Below, one piece after another: positions 34,161-44,698 of a DNA stretch of 64,000 bases. The number at the start of each line of letters is the position of its first letter. Position 1 is the stretch's first letter. This DNA comes from Candidatus Altiarchaeales archaeon ex4484_2 (lineage in GTDB: Archaea; Altiarchaeota; Altiarchaeia; IMC4; QMZM01), in contig NJEG01000015.1 of the NCBI GenBank assembly GCA_002254565.1, forward strand, positions 4,726 to 68,725. The letters are read 5' to 3'. The translations under genes and the position numbers were made by a program. The notes under the pieces are model-generated. The model worked only from the letters and a program-made list of their open reading frames with translations. It had not been told where the DNA came from and did not search any database.

Positions 34161-34465
34161 TGGATGAAATGGCAGATATTAAATCAGAGATTAAGGGCGT
34201 GGTGAAGAAAGGCAGAGTAGTATACGGCTCCAGAAGTGTTGTGTCGGGTTTATTAAATGATAATCCAAAATTAATAATCATAAGCAGTAATTGTCCTTCA
34301 GAGAATAGAGAGGAAATCATATACTACAGCAAACTTTCGAATACACCCTACGAGTCGGTAGATATAGACAGCATAGAGTTAGGTTCCATATGCGGAAAAC
34401 CATTCCCCGTTTCCGTTATGGGAGTAATAGATGCTGGTGAAAGCAATATATTAAATGAAGTATAG
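34160..34465 (+). CDS. rpl30e: Ribosomal protein eL30
   Basis: ELGSICGKPF, DAGESNIL; canonical position. Confidence 0.95.
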
Positions 34466-34477
34466 TGAGGAGCAAGT

Positions 34478-34912
34478 GTGGGTAAAATCAGACTAAACAG
34501 TGAAGAGATAAAGTACATAACCCTGTTCGAGACACTCACCGGGGCGATAGTGAAGGACTGCGTGAGCGTTCAGGATATGATGGCATTCCTCATAAAGAAG
34601 GGGGACATGGGGCTGGCTATAGGAAAAAACGGCTCCAACATAGAGAAGGTGAGAGATGCAATAGGTAAAAGTGTCGTTGTGATGGAGTTTTCAGATAATA
34701 CAGAGAACTTTATTAAAAATCTGTTCCACCCGACCCGGATAAAAAAGGTGAGGATAAACGGAGGGGACAACGATAAGATAGTTGACATCGAGGTAAACAA
34801 ACCCGACCGGAAAAAAGTCATAGGCCACAATGGCGTCAGGATAAAAATCGCCAAAAAACTGGCGAAGAGACACTACAACATAAACAATATAAACGTTAAC
34901 ATATCCAGATAA
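34478..34912 (+). CDS. nusA: Archaeal NusA (KH domains)
   Basis: FETLTGA, AIGKNGSNI, IGHNG. Confidence 0.94.
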   Translation: MGKIRLNSEEIKYITLFETLTGAIVKDCVSVQDMMAFLIKKGDMGLAIGKNGSNIEKVRDAIGKSVVVMEFSDNTENFIKNLFHPTRIKKVRINGGDNDKIVDIEVNKPDRKKVIGHNGVRIKIAKKLAKRHYNINNINVNISR

Positions 34913-34915
34913 ATA

Positions 34916-35344
34916 ATGGCTAAAGGAGAATTCACATCCAAGAAGTTGATGGACAACAGGAAGAAGTTCAAATGGAAGAAAGCAGATTACTCCAGGAGAG
35001 TCCTTAGACTGAAGGAGAAACACGACCCACTTGAGGGCGCTCCACAAGCCAAGGGTATAGTGTTGGAGAAGGTGGGTATTGAAGCAAAACAGCCTAACTC
35101 TGCTATAAGAAAATGCGTCAGAGTGCAGCTCTTAAAAAACGGGAGACAGGTTACCGCCTTCTGCCCGGGAAACAAGGCCATCACCTTCATCGAAGAACAC
35201 GACGAAGTAACTATTGAGGGAATCGGCGGGAGGAAAGGCCGTTCTATGGGGGATATCTCAGGGGTTCGATACAAGGTTATCAAAGTAAATGATCTCTCAC
35301 TTAATGAACTGGTTCGCGGACGTAAAGAGAAACCCAGAAGATAA
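34916..35344 (+). CDS. rps12: Ribosomal protein uS12
   Basis: [17 protein letters not shown]. Confidence 0.97.
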   Translation: MAKGEFTSKKLMDNRKKFKWKKADYSRRVLRLKEKHDPLEGAPQAKGIVLEKVGIEAKQPNSAIRKCVRVQLLKNGRQVTAFCPGNKAITFIEEHDEVTIEGIGGRKGRSMGDISGVRYKVIKVNDLSLNELVRGRKEKPRR

Positions 35345-35440
35345 GGTAGTTTTTTGGGGGGATATGGCTTCTCCGCATTTTTAAGTCTTAAGTCTATTAA
35401 ATTTACTCTAATAATTTTTATTTACTCAAGTGATGTCAAA

Positions 35441-35830
35441 ATGATGCATGACCTAATAAACGACGCGGTAACTAACATAAGGAACCACGAGAGGGTGGGG
35501 AAGAAAAAATGCGTCCTGAAGCCGGTATCCGGGCTATTGATAAACATACTGAAGATATTTCAGAGGGAAGGTTACGTCGGAGAATTCGAGCTGGAGGAGG
35601 ACGGGAGAGGGAACAACATCAAAATCAAATTAATTCATCGCATAAACAACTGCGGTGTTATAAAGCCAAGGTATCCCATCAAAAAGGATGAGTATATTAA
35701 ATGGGAGCAAAGATATCTCCCGGCCAGAGATTTCGGGATACTTGTTGTCTCAACACCCCAGGGGGTAATGAGTCATACAGAAGCCAAGAAAAACGGGTTA
35801 GGTGGTAGGTTGTTGGCCTATGTTTACTGA
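35441..35830 (+). CDS. rps8: Ribosomal protein uS8
   Basis: [36 protein letters not shown]; the real start is ATG 35441. Confidence 0.96.
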   Translation: MMHDLINDAVTNIRNHERVGKKKCVLKPVSGLLINILKIFQREGYVGEFELEEDGRGNNIKIKLIHRINNCGVIKPRYPIKKDEYIKWEQRYLPARDFGILVVSTPQGVMSHTEAKKNGLGGRLLAYVY

Positions 35831-35832
35831 AG

Positions 35833-36378
35833 ATGGAGAAAAAACGGGAATTGGAGATTGAGGTGCCTGAAGGCGTTGAGGTAGAGATAGTAGACAATCA
35901 GGTTATAGTGAAAAACGATTCAGGCCAGGTAACCAGAAAATTCTCATCATTCCACGTGGACATGGAGAAAAAAGATAACAGGATTATCTTATCCAGTAAA
36001 GCCAGTAACAAGAGGGTCAAGTCTTTGGTGGGAACAGCAAGAGGCGACTTATCTAACATGATCAAGGGCGTTACCGAGGGTGTGAGCTATAAACTGAAGA
36101 TTCTCTACTCGCACTTTCCCATGAACGTTAAGGTTCAGGGACAAAACGTGATTATAGAAAACTTTATCGGAGAGAAGTATCCCCGAAAGTCAAGGATTCT
36201 TGATGGTGTTAATGTGGAAATCAATGGACAGGATATTACTGTGTCAGGCATAGATAAAGAAAATGTTGCTCAGAGTGCAGCTAATCTGGAGCAGGCTACA
36301 AAGATATCCAAACTAGACCCCCGGGTTTTCCAAGACGGCATATATATTGTGGAGAAAGACGGTAAACAGATATCTTAA
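35833..36378 (+). CDS. rpl6: Ribosomal protein uL6
   Basis: YSHFPM, NFIGEK, DPRVFQDGIYI. Confidence 0.96.
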   Translation: MEKKRELEIEVPEGVEVEIVDNQVIVKNDSGQVTRKFSSFHVDMEKKDNRIILSSKASNKRVKSLVGTARGDLSNMIKGVTEGVSYKLKILYSHFPMNVKVQGQNVIIENFIGEKYPRKSRILDGVNVEINGQDITVSGIDKENVAQSAANLEQATKISKLDPRVFQDGIYIVEKDGKQIS

Positions 36379-36379
36379 G

Positions 36380-37060
36380 ATGAGTGTGGAAGAGAATATA
36401 ATAAAGGGCACGGTAGGTGATGTTAAAAAGGAAATCGGGAAACTGGATAGCGTAGACTACGAAGCCCTTATAGAAGCAGAAAAAAAAGGTAAGAACAGGA
36501 AAACACTGATTGAATGGTTTGAACTCAAGAAACAAGAGTCCGGGGAGAAGGTAGAGGAGAAAGCGAAACCAGAGGAGAAAAAAGAGGAACCAGAGAAAAA
36601 AGAGAAAATAAAAAAAGAGATCCCAGTGGAGAAGATTATGTTCCATGAGAGGAAGAAGCTCTCCAAGGATGAAGAGAGGATCTACAGGATAAGGTTTCGG
36701 GAGAAAAAAGCCATTCCAAATTTCATGAGACAGGAGCTCACTAAACGTAAGAGATTGAAGGCTGTGTGGAGAAAGCCTAAAGGTGAGGACTCCAAGCAGG
36801 CTGAGGGGAAGAGAGGTAAGCCCAGAAATCCGGGTATAGGCTACAAGAAAAAGAAGGAAACACGAAGACTTCACCCCTCAGGTTTCTACCCACTCAGGGT
36901 CCACAACGTAGTTGAGCTGGAGATGATAGACCCTGAAAAAGAGGCTGCAATAATAGCAGGCTCCGTTGGCAGGAGAAAAAGAAACGAAATAATAAAAGTC
37001 GCTAACAAGAACAGGATCACTATACTTAACCCGAGAAGAGGGGAGATACAGAAGAAATGA
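36380..37060 (+). CDS. rpl32e: Ribosomal protein eL32 with N-terminal extension
   Basis: FMRQE, WRKPKG.DSK, LHPSG, VHNV.EL; lies between L6 and L19e. Confidence 0.93.
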   Translation: MSVEENIIKGTVGDVKKEIGKLDSVDYEALIEAEKKGKNRKTLIEWFELKKQESGEKVEEKAKPEEKKEEPEKKEKIKKEIPVEKIMFHERKKLSKDEERIYRIRFREKKAIPNFMRQELTKRKRLKAVWRKPKGEDSKQAEGKRGKPRNPGIGYKKKKETRRLHPSGFYPLRVHNVVELEMIDPEKEAAIIAGSVGRRKRNEIIKVANKNRITILNPRRGEIQKK

Positions 37061-37500
37061 ATCTGAATAGCCAGAAGAGGATGGCAGCGGAACTGCTTGA
37101 TGTAGGTGTTAACAGGGTTAAGATAAACCCTGAAGCAGTGGATGATGTATCAACAGCCATAACCAGAGATGACATCAGGTTTTATATAAACAACAAACTC
37201 ATTACTGCAGAACAAGAGAAAGGCATCAGCAAGAGCAGGCTGAAGCATAAAAACACACAAAAGAAAAAAGGTAAGAGAAAGGGATATGGGCACCGGAGAG
37301 GGACCCGGAATGCTAGAAACAACACTAAAAGGGAGTGGATTAGGAAAATCAGGGCTTTAAGAGATGAGTTAAGGAAGCTTAAAGCAGAGGGTGGAATCAC
37401 CAGGCCTGAATACAGAAAACTTTATTCCCAAGCCAAGGGTAATCTTTTCCATTCAAGAAGACATCTTAGAGAACATATAGAGAGGATGCATAGAAAATAA
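37057..37500 (+). CDS. rpl19e: Ribosomal protein eL19
   Basis: QKRMAA, AITRDDIR, WIRKIRALR, AKGNLF. Confidence 0.96.
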   Translation: MNLNSQKRMAAELLDVGVNRVKINPEAVDDVSTAITRDDIRFYINNKLITAEQEKGISKSRLKHKNTQKKKGKRKGYGHRRGTRNARNNTKREWIRKIRALRDELRKLKAEGGITRPEYRKLYSQAKGNLFHSRRHLREHIERMHRK

Positions 37501-37502
37501 AA

Positions 37503-38018
37503 ATGGCTAGGAAGGTATCTTACGTAGTCCAGTATAAACGGAAGAGGGAGGGGAAAACCGACTACAAGAAAAGATTCTCTCTGCTGAAGTCAAGAAAGCC
37601 CCGGTTGGTCGTAAGAAAATCAAATAAAAACATGAACACTCAAATAGTAGGCTATGCGGTGGATGGAGACAATGTCATAGCCTCTGCTAACTCAAGGGAA
37701 CTTGAGGGATACGGTTGGAAGCTTGCTAAATCCAATATACCCTCAGCCTACCTCACAGGGTATATGTGCGGTAAGAAGGCTATGGTTAAAAAAATAGATT
37801 CCGCTGTGGTTGATTTGGGACTGCAGCCCGTGGTTAAATCATCCAGGTTATTCGCTGCGGTTAGGGGAGCGATTGACGCTGGTTTAGATATTAAAGCAGG
37901 CGATGATATTTTCGAGGACAATAACAGGCTTATGGGAGGACACATAAAAATAGATAAACTAGACATACCTAAAGAGATTGATAAAATCAAAAAGAAAATC
38001 GATAAAAAAATTAAATAA
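37503..38018 (+). CDS. rpl18: Ribosomal protein uL18
   Basis: KRKREGKTDY, RLVVRKSN, AYLTG. Confidence 0.96.
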   Translation: MARKVSYVVQYKRKREGKTDYKKRFSLLKSRKPRLVVRKSNKNMNTQIVGYAVDGDNVIASANSRELEGYGWKLAKSNIPSAYLTGYMCGKKAMVKKIDSAVVDLGLQPVVKSSRLFAAVRGAIDAGLDIKAGDDIFEDNNRLMGGHIKIDKLDIPKEIDKIKKKIDKKIK

Positions 38019-38020
38019 AA

Positions 38021-38713
38021 ATGTGCACCAGAAAAGAAGATACTGAGGGTGGAAATAGTAGTTTGCCAGACCATCTTAACTCATGGAAACCTAAGACAGA
38101 ACTCGGTCACAAGGTGAAATCTGGTGAAATTACATCCATCCATGAGGTTTTTATGCTCCCCACTCCCATAAAGGAGTTAGGTATAATAGAGACATTGTTC
38201 CATGACCTCGGTGAGGAGGTTATTGAGGTCAGGAGAGTTCAAAGAGTTACTGACTCCGGCAGGAGGATGCGTTACAGGGTTGTTGCTGCCGTAGGAAACA
38301 ACAATGGCTATGTTGGTATCGGTCAGGCAAAGGGTAAGGAAGCCGGACCCACCATAAGGAAGGCCATCATGAAGGCCAAACTGAACATAAAAGAAATCAA
38401 GAGAGGATGCGGTAGCTGGGAATGCGGGTGCGGGGAACCTCACTCTGTCCCCTTCAAGGTTGAAGGTAAATGGGGTAGCGTTAATGTTAAGATTCTTCCA
38501 GCACCAAGAGGAACCGGACAGGTTAGCGGTGATATAGGCAGGAAGGTTCTGTCTCTGGCTGGTGTGAAAGATGCATGGGTTCATACCGAGGGATACACCA
38601 GAACCAACATAAACTTCGCTTACGCCGTAGTCGACGCCTTAAATAACACGAATACAGTCAAGGTTGACAAGGACAGCTCAGAGAAATTAGGTATCAAGAC
38701 AGGCATGGTCTGA
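38021..38713 (+). CDS. rps5: Ribosomal protein uS5
   Basis: VQRVTDSGRR, RGCGSWECGC, PAPRGTG. Confidence 0.97.
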   Translation: MCTRKEDTEGGNSSLPDHLNSWKPKTELGHKVKSGEITSIHEVFMLPTPIKELGIIETLFHDLGEEVIEVRRVQRVTDSGRRMRYRVVAAVGNNNGYVGIGQAKGKEAGPTIRKAIMKAKLNIKEIKRGCGSWECGCGEPHSVPFKVEGKWGSVNVKILPAPRGTGQVSGDIGRKVLSLAGVKDAWVHTEGYTRTNINFAYAVVDALNNTNTVKVDKDSSEKLGIKTGMV

Positions 38714-38720
38714 ATCCGAA

Positions 38721-39221
38721 ATGGTAAAAAATAAAGAAGATAAAAAGGGTTTGAAGAAAAAAATCGCTGTAGTCCGCGTCAGGGGTAGAATACACATCAG
38801 AGAGGATATTAAATCAACACTAAAGCTTCTTAACCTTAACCGCATAAACCATTGTGTTATTATAGAAGACACACCCCAAAATAGCGGCATGGTAAACAAG
38901 GTAAAGGATTATGTTACGTGGGGGGAAATAGACGTTGAGACACTAACCAAGATGCTTGAGAAAAGAGGGCGGCTTCCCGGCAACAGGAGACTTGATGAGG
39001 GATATATGAAGAAGACAGCCTATAAGTCTATAAAAAAATTTGCTGACGACTTCATGGAATCCAACGCCGATATTAAATCAACAGATATTAAGCCTGTATT
39101 CCGACTCAGACCACCTAAGAAGGGCTACGAGAGATCTGGTGTGAAAAAACCCTTCTCTGTGGGCGGGGCTCTTGGATACAGGAGAGAGGAAATAAACAAT
39201 CTGCTTAAGAGAATGATTTAA
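38721..39221 (+). CDS. rpl30: Ribosomal protein uL30
   Basis: AVVRVRG, KVKDYVTWGEI, FRLRPPKKG, GGALGYR. Confidence 0.96.
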   Translation: MVKNKEDKKGLKKKIAVVRVRGRIHIREDIKSTLKLLNLNRINHCVIIEDTPQNSGMVNKVKDYVTWGEIDVETLTKMLEKRGRLPGNRRLDEGYMKKTAYKSIKKFADDFMESNADIKSTDIKPVFRLRPPKKGYERSGVKKPFSVGGALGYRREEINNLLKRMI

Positions 39222-39677
39222 ATGGCTCATAAAGACCGGAAATACCATAAACACAGGGGCCAGAGGAACCAGGGTTATGGAAGCCCCCATAACCATAGAG
39301 GAGCTGGTAGTAGGGGAGGCAGAGGAAATGCCGGAAGCAAGAAACACAAGTGGTTCTGGTTTTCAAAAAACAAGCCAGGTTATTTCGGGAGACGGGGTTT
39401 TAAGAGACCACAATGTATTGTTTACCAAGACAGGGTGATAAATGTCGGTAACCTGGATAGCAACCTTGAAAGATTAGAAAAAGAGAAGATGGTGGAGTCC
39501 AAGGGGAAGAAATACTATATCAACCTCCAAGAGTTAGGTTTTGATAAACTCCTTGGCTCAGGTAAAGTGAGGAACCAGCTTGTAATCAAGGTGGACAAAT
39601 ACAGTCCCAAGGCTTTGGAGAAGATTGAGGACGCAGGCGGTAAGATAGATTCTCCTGCAGACTCATCTGCGGAATAA
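39222..39677 (+). CDS. rpl15: Ribosomal protein uL15
   Basis: HRGAGSRGGRGNAG, KLLGSG, KIEDAGG. Confidence 0.96.
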   Translation: MAHKDRKYHKHRGQRNQGYGSPHNHRGAGSRGGRGNAGSKKHKWFWFSKNKPGYFGRRGFKRPQCIVYQDRVINVGNLDSNLERLEKEKMVESKGKKYYINLQELGFDKLLGSGKVRNQLVIKVDKYSPKALEKIEDAGGKIDSPADSSAE

Positions 39678-39681
39678 TAAA

Positions 39682-41100
39682 ATGAATCTTGAGTTCATAA
39701 GACCACTCATTAAATACCTCCCCGAGGTGAAGATTCCAAGAAAACACATCTCCTTCAAGGAGAAACTCATGTGGACTTTTTCTGTTCTGGTTTTGTTTTT
39801 TATTATGGGGGTGGTATACCCCACAGGGGTCTCCCGGGCGGATATACCCGAGGCTTTCCAGATATACCAGATTATTTTCGCCAGCAACATGGGTAGTCTA
39901 ATATCCGTAGGAATCGGCCCAATTGTTACATCGTCTATTATATTGCAGTTGCTGGTTGGCTCTAAGATGATAGACCTTGACCTTGGGAAACCTGATAATC
40001 AGGCACTGTTTCAGGGTACACAAAAGATTCTTACTGTATTGATTGCCGTATTTGAGGCCGCTGGAGTGGTTGTCGGCTTCCAGCTTGGAGGGAGTTTTCT
40101 GGGTGAGACATGGAGCATGTTCCATCCGTTGGTCTTATTTATTATTTTCCAGGTTGCTATGGGTTCTATCCTGCTGATGTTTCTGGACGAGGTTGTCTCA
40201 AAATGGGGTATCGGTTCAGGTATTGGACTTTTCATAGCTGGAGGTGTCTCGCAGAAGATTATGGCCGCATCACTCAGCTTTTTGACGACCGAAACAGGCT
40301 TCGTGGGCCGGATTCCCTATACCATAGTCAGTTTCCTTAACGGATCGGTGAGTTTCTTCGGTCTTTTCTCATCCGATTATCTGTTTCCCATGATAGCCGT
40401 TGTGATAGTGTTTCTGGTTGTTGTCTTGGGAGAGTCCATGCGTCTTGAGATTCCACTGTCTTATGGGGGTGTGAGAGGTGTTGGAGGACGCTATCCCCTG
40501 AAGTTTTTCTATGTCTCCAATATTCCGGTTATATTAGCTGCTGCATTACTTGCTAATGTACGCATGTGGGCGCAAATTGTTGGTGTGAACATAAACAACC
40601 CACCACCCAACCCTGATGTTATTCAGGAGATCGTTTATCAGGTAGGCCATAATATAACCCTAGGTAATCTTTATGGCCTGTTGAGTCCAGACAACCTTGG
40701 AATGTTTCTGGAACCGAATATAATATCTCACCTGTTTTTTTACACTATATCTTTTATCGGCTTATGTATTATCTTCGGTAAGTTCTGGGTGGAGACCACC
40801 GGTTTAAGTGCCGAGAACGTTGCGGACCAGATTCAGGGCGGTGGCATGCAGATCCCTGGCTTCAGGAGGGATAAGAGGGTTATCGAAAGAGTCCTGAACA
40901 GATACATTCCGCAGATTACCATAATCAGTTCCGTGGCTGTTGGCTTGCTGGCTTTAATAGCTGACTTGATGGGAGCCTTCGGCTCTGGCACAGGCATTCT
41001 CTTAACTGTCGGTATACTACATAACTTATACGAACAGGTACAGCAGGAGCAGATGAGTGAGATGCACCCGGCGTTCAGGCGATTCATGGGCAAAGCATAA
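39682..41100 (+). CDS. secY: Protein translocase subunit SecY
   Basis: GIGPIVTSSIILQLL, KWGIGSGIGLFI, YVSNIPVIL, IPGFRRD, GTGILL. Confidence 0.97.
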   Translation: MNLEFIRPLIKYLPEVKIPRKHISFKEKLMWTFSVLVLFFIMGVVYPTGVSRADIPEAFQIYQIIFASNMGSLISVGIGPIVTSSIILQLLVGSKMIDLDLGKPDNQALFQGTQKILTVLIAVFEAAGVVVGFQLGGSFLGETWSMFHPLVLFIIFQVAMGSILLMFLDEVVSKWGIGSGIGLFIAGGVSQKIMAASLSFLTTETGFVGRIPYTIVSFLNGSVSFFGLFSSDYLFPMIAVVIVFLVVVLGESMRLEIPLSYGGVRGVGGRYPLKFFYVSNIPVILAAALLANVRMWAQIVGVNINNPPPNPDVIQEIVYQVGHNITLGNLYGLLSPDNLGMFLEPNIISHLFFYTISFIGLCIIFGKFWVETTGLSAENVADQIQGGGMQIPGFRRDKRVIERVLNRYIPQITIISSVAVGLLALIADLMGAFGSGTGILLTVGILHNLYEQVQQEQMSEMHPAFRRFMGKA

Positions 41101-41102
41101 GA

Positions 41103-41912
41103 TTATTTACGGACTTTGCATCCGCATCCACCTGATTTTATTGCTTCAATACAGTTTTCTCTATCTTCTTTGTTTGTTATTTTCTCGCATATGCCGGAGT
41201 CTTCCGTGAGTATGGCTACTTTTGCATAGCATTCGTTTCTGTAGATGTTGTTTATTTTCTCGCAGAGTGAGGTATCCCTCTTCTTCAAGGCAAGATTCAG
41301 ATAGCATTCATCCAGGTAATAATGTTTTATTTTAATGCCCTTACATGTGGTTATGTAGAAAAAGGATTTGTTGCTTATTTCAGCGCATATTCCTGGTTTA
41401 TTCTGGCGTATGGCCGTGTACGTGAAGCATTTATCCCGCATATTCTGGTTCTGGATTATCCTGCATGTTGCTAGCTGGATGAATTCCGGCAGGGATTTTT
41501 TCCATGCGATAATATCCAGGAAACAATCGTCTTTAAGGCTCTGATTTTTTATTATCTCACATTCATCGAACTCGCTAACTGATTCCAGACTCGTCTTGTA
41601 TGAATCTCTCTCCCTGATGATATCCTTAAGCTCTGATTCAAGGATTTTTTTTTCTTTGGTTAGGTTCTGGACTTCTCTGCTGAGATTAAACATCCCGTTA
41701 AATGTTTTGTTCAGTTCATCCCCACATTCCATCAGCTCCATATTGCATGATTTGCTGTCTAAACCGCTTCGCCAGACCTTGTTTTTTTGTTCAATTAATC
41801 TGTTAGTGCATTCACCAAGTTTATTGCTGTTTTCGGAGTAATAGAATGCTGCAATAGAGAAAACAATCAAGGTAAATGCGAGATATAACGTGAAAGCCTT
41901 TTCTAAATCCAT
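41103..41912 (-). CDS. Membrane-anchored protein with coiled coil and Cys-paired helical repeats
   Basis: N-terminal TM; repeats of C-x2-I-x5-(R/K)(D/N)-x-C(Y/F). Confidence 0.7.
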   Translation of the reverse strand: MDLEKAFTLYLAFTLIVFSIAAFYYSENSNKLGECTNRLIEQKNKVWRSGLDSKSCNMELMECGDELNKTFNGMFNLSREVQNLTKEKKILESELKDIIRERDSYKTSLESVSEFDECEIIKNQSLKDDCFLDIIAWKKSLPEFIQLATCRIIQNQNMRDKCFTYTAIRQNKPGICAEISNKSFFYITTCKGIKIKHYYLDECYLNLALKKRDTSLCEKINNIYRNECYAKVAILTEDSGICEKITNKEDRENCIEAIKSGGCGCKVRK

Positions 41913-41963
41913 AAAAGAATATAATACGGGATGTTATTTATCTATGCAGGGAAGGGAGCTGGA

Positions 41964-43307
41964 CTAGATTAAGAGGAAATCTTTCAGGAATAACAGATAG
42001 CTTTTATCTCTCAATTCCAGCACCTCGACACCCTCCTTTATCTCAACTTTAGCTTCCTCACGTAGGTTTCGACCGAATCCCCTCCTCTCTGCTGTGATTT
42101 TTTCTATAAGCTGCCTCGCCGTTTTATATTCCCTCTCAGCGTCGGCCATCCATCTACCGTCTTCCAGATAGGTTTTCCCGTATTTATCCCTGAATCTCTT
42201 CTGGTCTCCTCCTTTTTTATCTGCCGGCGGACCAAGTCTTTTCTCGATCACAGGCAGAGCGTGCACCTCCAGCTCAAAGAGGATTATGGAAAGATTTACC
42301 TCATTCGTCCAGTACCCGGATTTCACAAACCTGAATCCCCGCTCCTCCATTAATAATTCAGTTGCCTTCAGGGTCTTCCTCAACTGAGAATGCAGGCTGT
42401 TGACGTTGATTGCAGGATGATTGAATTCCATTAAAAGAAACCTTGTGCCCCTGGATTCCATAGCCCCCTTTATTTTAGGGATGGGTGGAGCAGTTCTATC
42501 AGGGGGGAAAAAATATTCCCTGCCTGGTTTCTCCAGGAATCTTTCAGCCTTGAACTTGAACAATGCGATCCTCTGCCTGGAGACAGCAGCAGCAGCATTC
42601 CTGTATCTGTCCACCGGGTCGATTATTACCAGATCGGATTCAGGGAACAGGCATCTTATCTCCTGCCTGGAAGCCCATGAATCTTCTGGGTCAAGTATTT
42701 CACCGAAATGCCAGTCAACAGCCGCCTCCAAAACCCCCCTAAAGGAGCCATAGTTCAAAACCAGCAACTCCACCAAGTAACCAGAGAAACCCTGAGTCTT
42801 GGTTTCAGCCCCATACACACGTATACCCTTCATGAATTGCTTCAAAAGTAGGATTTCATCTCTTAATCCCCTGTCCTGCCTGAGTTTTCTCTTAATGTAG
42901 TTGGTATGGTGTGGCGTTCTATCAACAGCCGACTTGATATGTTCCATATCAACTTTATAGCAGGGTACCACGTCCACATCATATCCCCCATAGAATCCCA
43001 CCACATAAGGATGCTCTGCATAGTCTATCTCGTATTTCGCATTCAGGGAATCAAAGGCCTTCTTCCCGGCTTCAACACCCTCTTCCTCGAGTGTTTCTCT
43101 GCTAACTGACTCATCAAATAAAATAAAGAGGTCTATATCCTTATCTGCTCTCAGGTCTGTTTCCTTAGCTAAAGAACCTACCAGGAGCGATTCCATTCCC
43201 AGTTTCTCAAGCTCCCCTTTTACTTCACCTATTATACGCTTCTCTCTGGTGCGCTCCTCTTTTGTGGGTTTTATCTCCTCCAGCATAGACTTCAATAGTT
43301 CATCCAT
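41964..43307 (-). CDS. cca: Archaeal (class I) CCA-adding enzyme
   Basis: VGSLAKETDL..DIDLF, YAEHPY, SAVDRTPHH, GFSGYLVELL. Confidence 0.96.
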   Translation of the reverse strand: MDELLKSMLEEIKPTKEERTREKRIIGEVKGELEKLGMESLLVGSLAKETDLRADKDIDLFILFDESVSRETLEEEGVEAGKKAFDSLNAKYEIDYAEHPYVVGFYGGYDVDVVPCYKVDMEHIKSAVDRTPHHTNYIKRKLRQDRGLRDEILLLKQFMKGIRVYGAETKTQGFSGYLVELLVLNYGSFRGVLEAAVDWHFGEILDPEDSWASRQEIRCLFPESDLVIIDPVDRYRNAAAAVSRQRIALFKFKAERFLEKPGREYFFPPDRTAPPIPKIKGAMESRGTRFLLMEFNHPAINVNSLHSQLRKTLKATELLMEERGFRFVKSGYWTNEVNLSIILFELEVHALPVIEKRLGPPADKKGGDQKRFRDKYGKTYLEDGRWMADAEREYKTARQLIEKITAERRGFGRNLREEAKVEIKEGVEVLELRDKSYLLFLKDFLLI

Positions 43308-43822
43308 TATAGCTTAACCCTGTCCACCCGGTAGTAGGTTATGTCCCCCTCCCCGTCAACCAGGGCGTAAATCATCTCCTTGTTCACGTTCTGGGAGAGC
43401 CTTACCGCTCTGGCCAGCTCCGGGAAAGAGCAGGTGTATTCCTCAGGTACTACATGGACCATATAATCAGAGTGCCCTGTTTTTATAGAAACCCCCCTGC
43501 CATAGACCCTATAGTCTGACCCGAATTTCAGGCCTGTTCTAACCAGAAGACCTCTCTCCCTTAGATCACTATAGACAAGGTACTTTGAGTAGAAATCTTT
43601 TTTTATCCCATTCCCTTCATCCACCAGATCATTGAAGGAAAAGTTTTTTTTGCCGTCGCTGACCTGCATCTTTTCTTTCTCCACCAGATAGATTGCCTCA
43701 ACCAGCGACAGCTGCTGCCTGCTGCCCTCCTCCTCACCGAAGCCCTTATCCCTCAGGAAACTCTTCAGGTCACTGTCTACTACAACAACCTTGGAACCGG
43801 AAAGCAGACCCGTGTTAGCCAT
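43307..43822 (-). CDS. endA: tRNA-splicing endonuclease (short, alpha4-type size)
   Basis: LSLVEAIYL, VYSDLRERG, GLKFGSDYRVY, HS, RLSQNVNK; Tyr/His/Lys triad present. Confidence 0.94.
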   Translation of the reverse strand: MANTGLLSGSKVVVVDSDLKSFLRDKGFGEEEGSRQQLSLVEAIYLVEKEKMQVSDGKKNFSFNDLVDEGNGIKKDFYSKYLVYSDLRERGLLVRTGLKFGSDYRVYGRGVSIKTGHSDYMVHVVPEEYTCSFPELARAVRLSQNVNKEMIYALVDGEGDITYYRVDRVKL

Positions 43823-43855
43823 ATAATTCTATTATATCTAAATAATAAGAATAAG

Positions 43856-44620
43856 ATGATTTCGCTTGGACTGGAGGGCACGGCACATACCCTGGGGGTT
43901 GGTATAATGGATGATAAGAGGGTTCTAGCAGACCGGAGAGCAATCTACCAGCCCAGAGAGGGCATACACCCCAGAGAGGCGTCGAGGTTTATAGCAATGT
44001 TGACTTGTTCACGTTCTCCCAGGGTCCCGGTTTAGGCCCCTGCCTGAGAACCGTGGCTACCGCGGCGAGAGCGCTCGCCCTCCACTACAGGAAGCCCGTT
44101 ATGGGAGTGAACCACTGCATAGCCCATATAGAGATAGGCAGACTGGTCTGTAAAAAAACAAACCCCCTGGTTTTATACGTCTCCGGAGGCAACACCCAGA
44201 TACTTAAGCTGAGGGAAAGAAGATACTGTATCTACGGCGAAACACTGGATATAGGGGTGGGTAATATGCTGGATAAATTCGGCAGAACGGTTGGTTTAAA
44301 GCACCCGGCAGGTCCAAAGATAGAGGAACTGGCCGGGGAAGGGAATAAGTTCATAGAGATCATTAGCACACCTTAAGGCTGATGAACTGCTTCTGGTGGG
44401 GGGTGTGGGAAACAACAGAAGACTCCGGGATATGCTGTCCATCATGTCGGGAGAGCATGGATGCAGCTTCTGTGTTCCTGAAGAATACTGCAGTGACAAC
44501 GGGGTTATGATTGCCCACACCGGCCTGTTGATGTATAATTTTGGAGTAAGAATGAAGGTAGGAGATACAGTAGCCAGGCAGAGATACAGGACAGATGATG
44601 TGGATGTGGTCTGGCAGTAG
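43856..44620 (+). CDS. kae1: KEOPS t6A synthase Kae1, broken by two deletions (near 43997 and 44362)
   Basis: MISLGLEGTAHTLGVG, GIHPREA; SQGPGLGPCL, HCIAHIE, VSGGNTQ; GGVGNN, DNGVMIA, RYRTD, distributed over three frames. Confidence 0.92.
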
Positions 44621-44698
44621 AATATTTAAATCTCAACATCGTAGATATATATGTCAACTATTTCTTAAACTAGTAGGTGCCGTTGGCCTAGATGCACT

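Noticed and set aside
35354..35440. N-terminal extension of uS8 from the ORF track (likewise the extended starts at 36347, 20021, 20799, 21967, 52692, 17464)
   Set aside because: Longest-ORF artefacts; better ATG starts lie downstream.
43856..44620. kae1 as a true pseudogene
   Set aside because: Motifs are intact on both sides of two clean block deletions, with no point decay.
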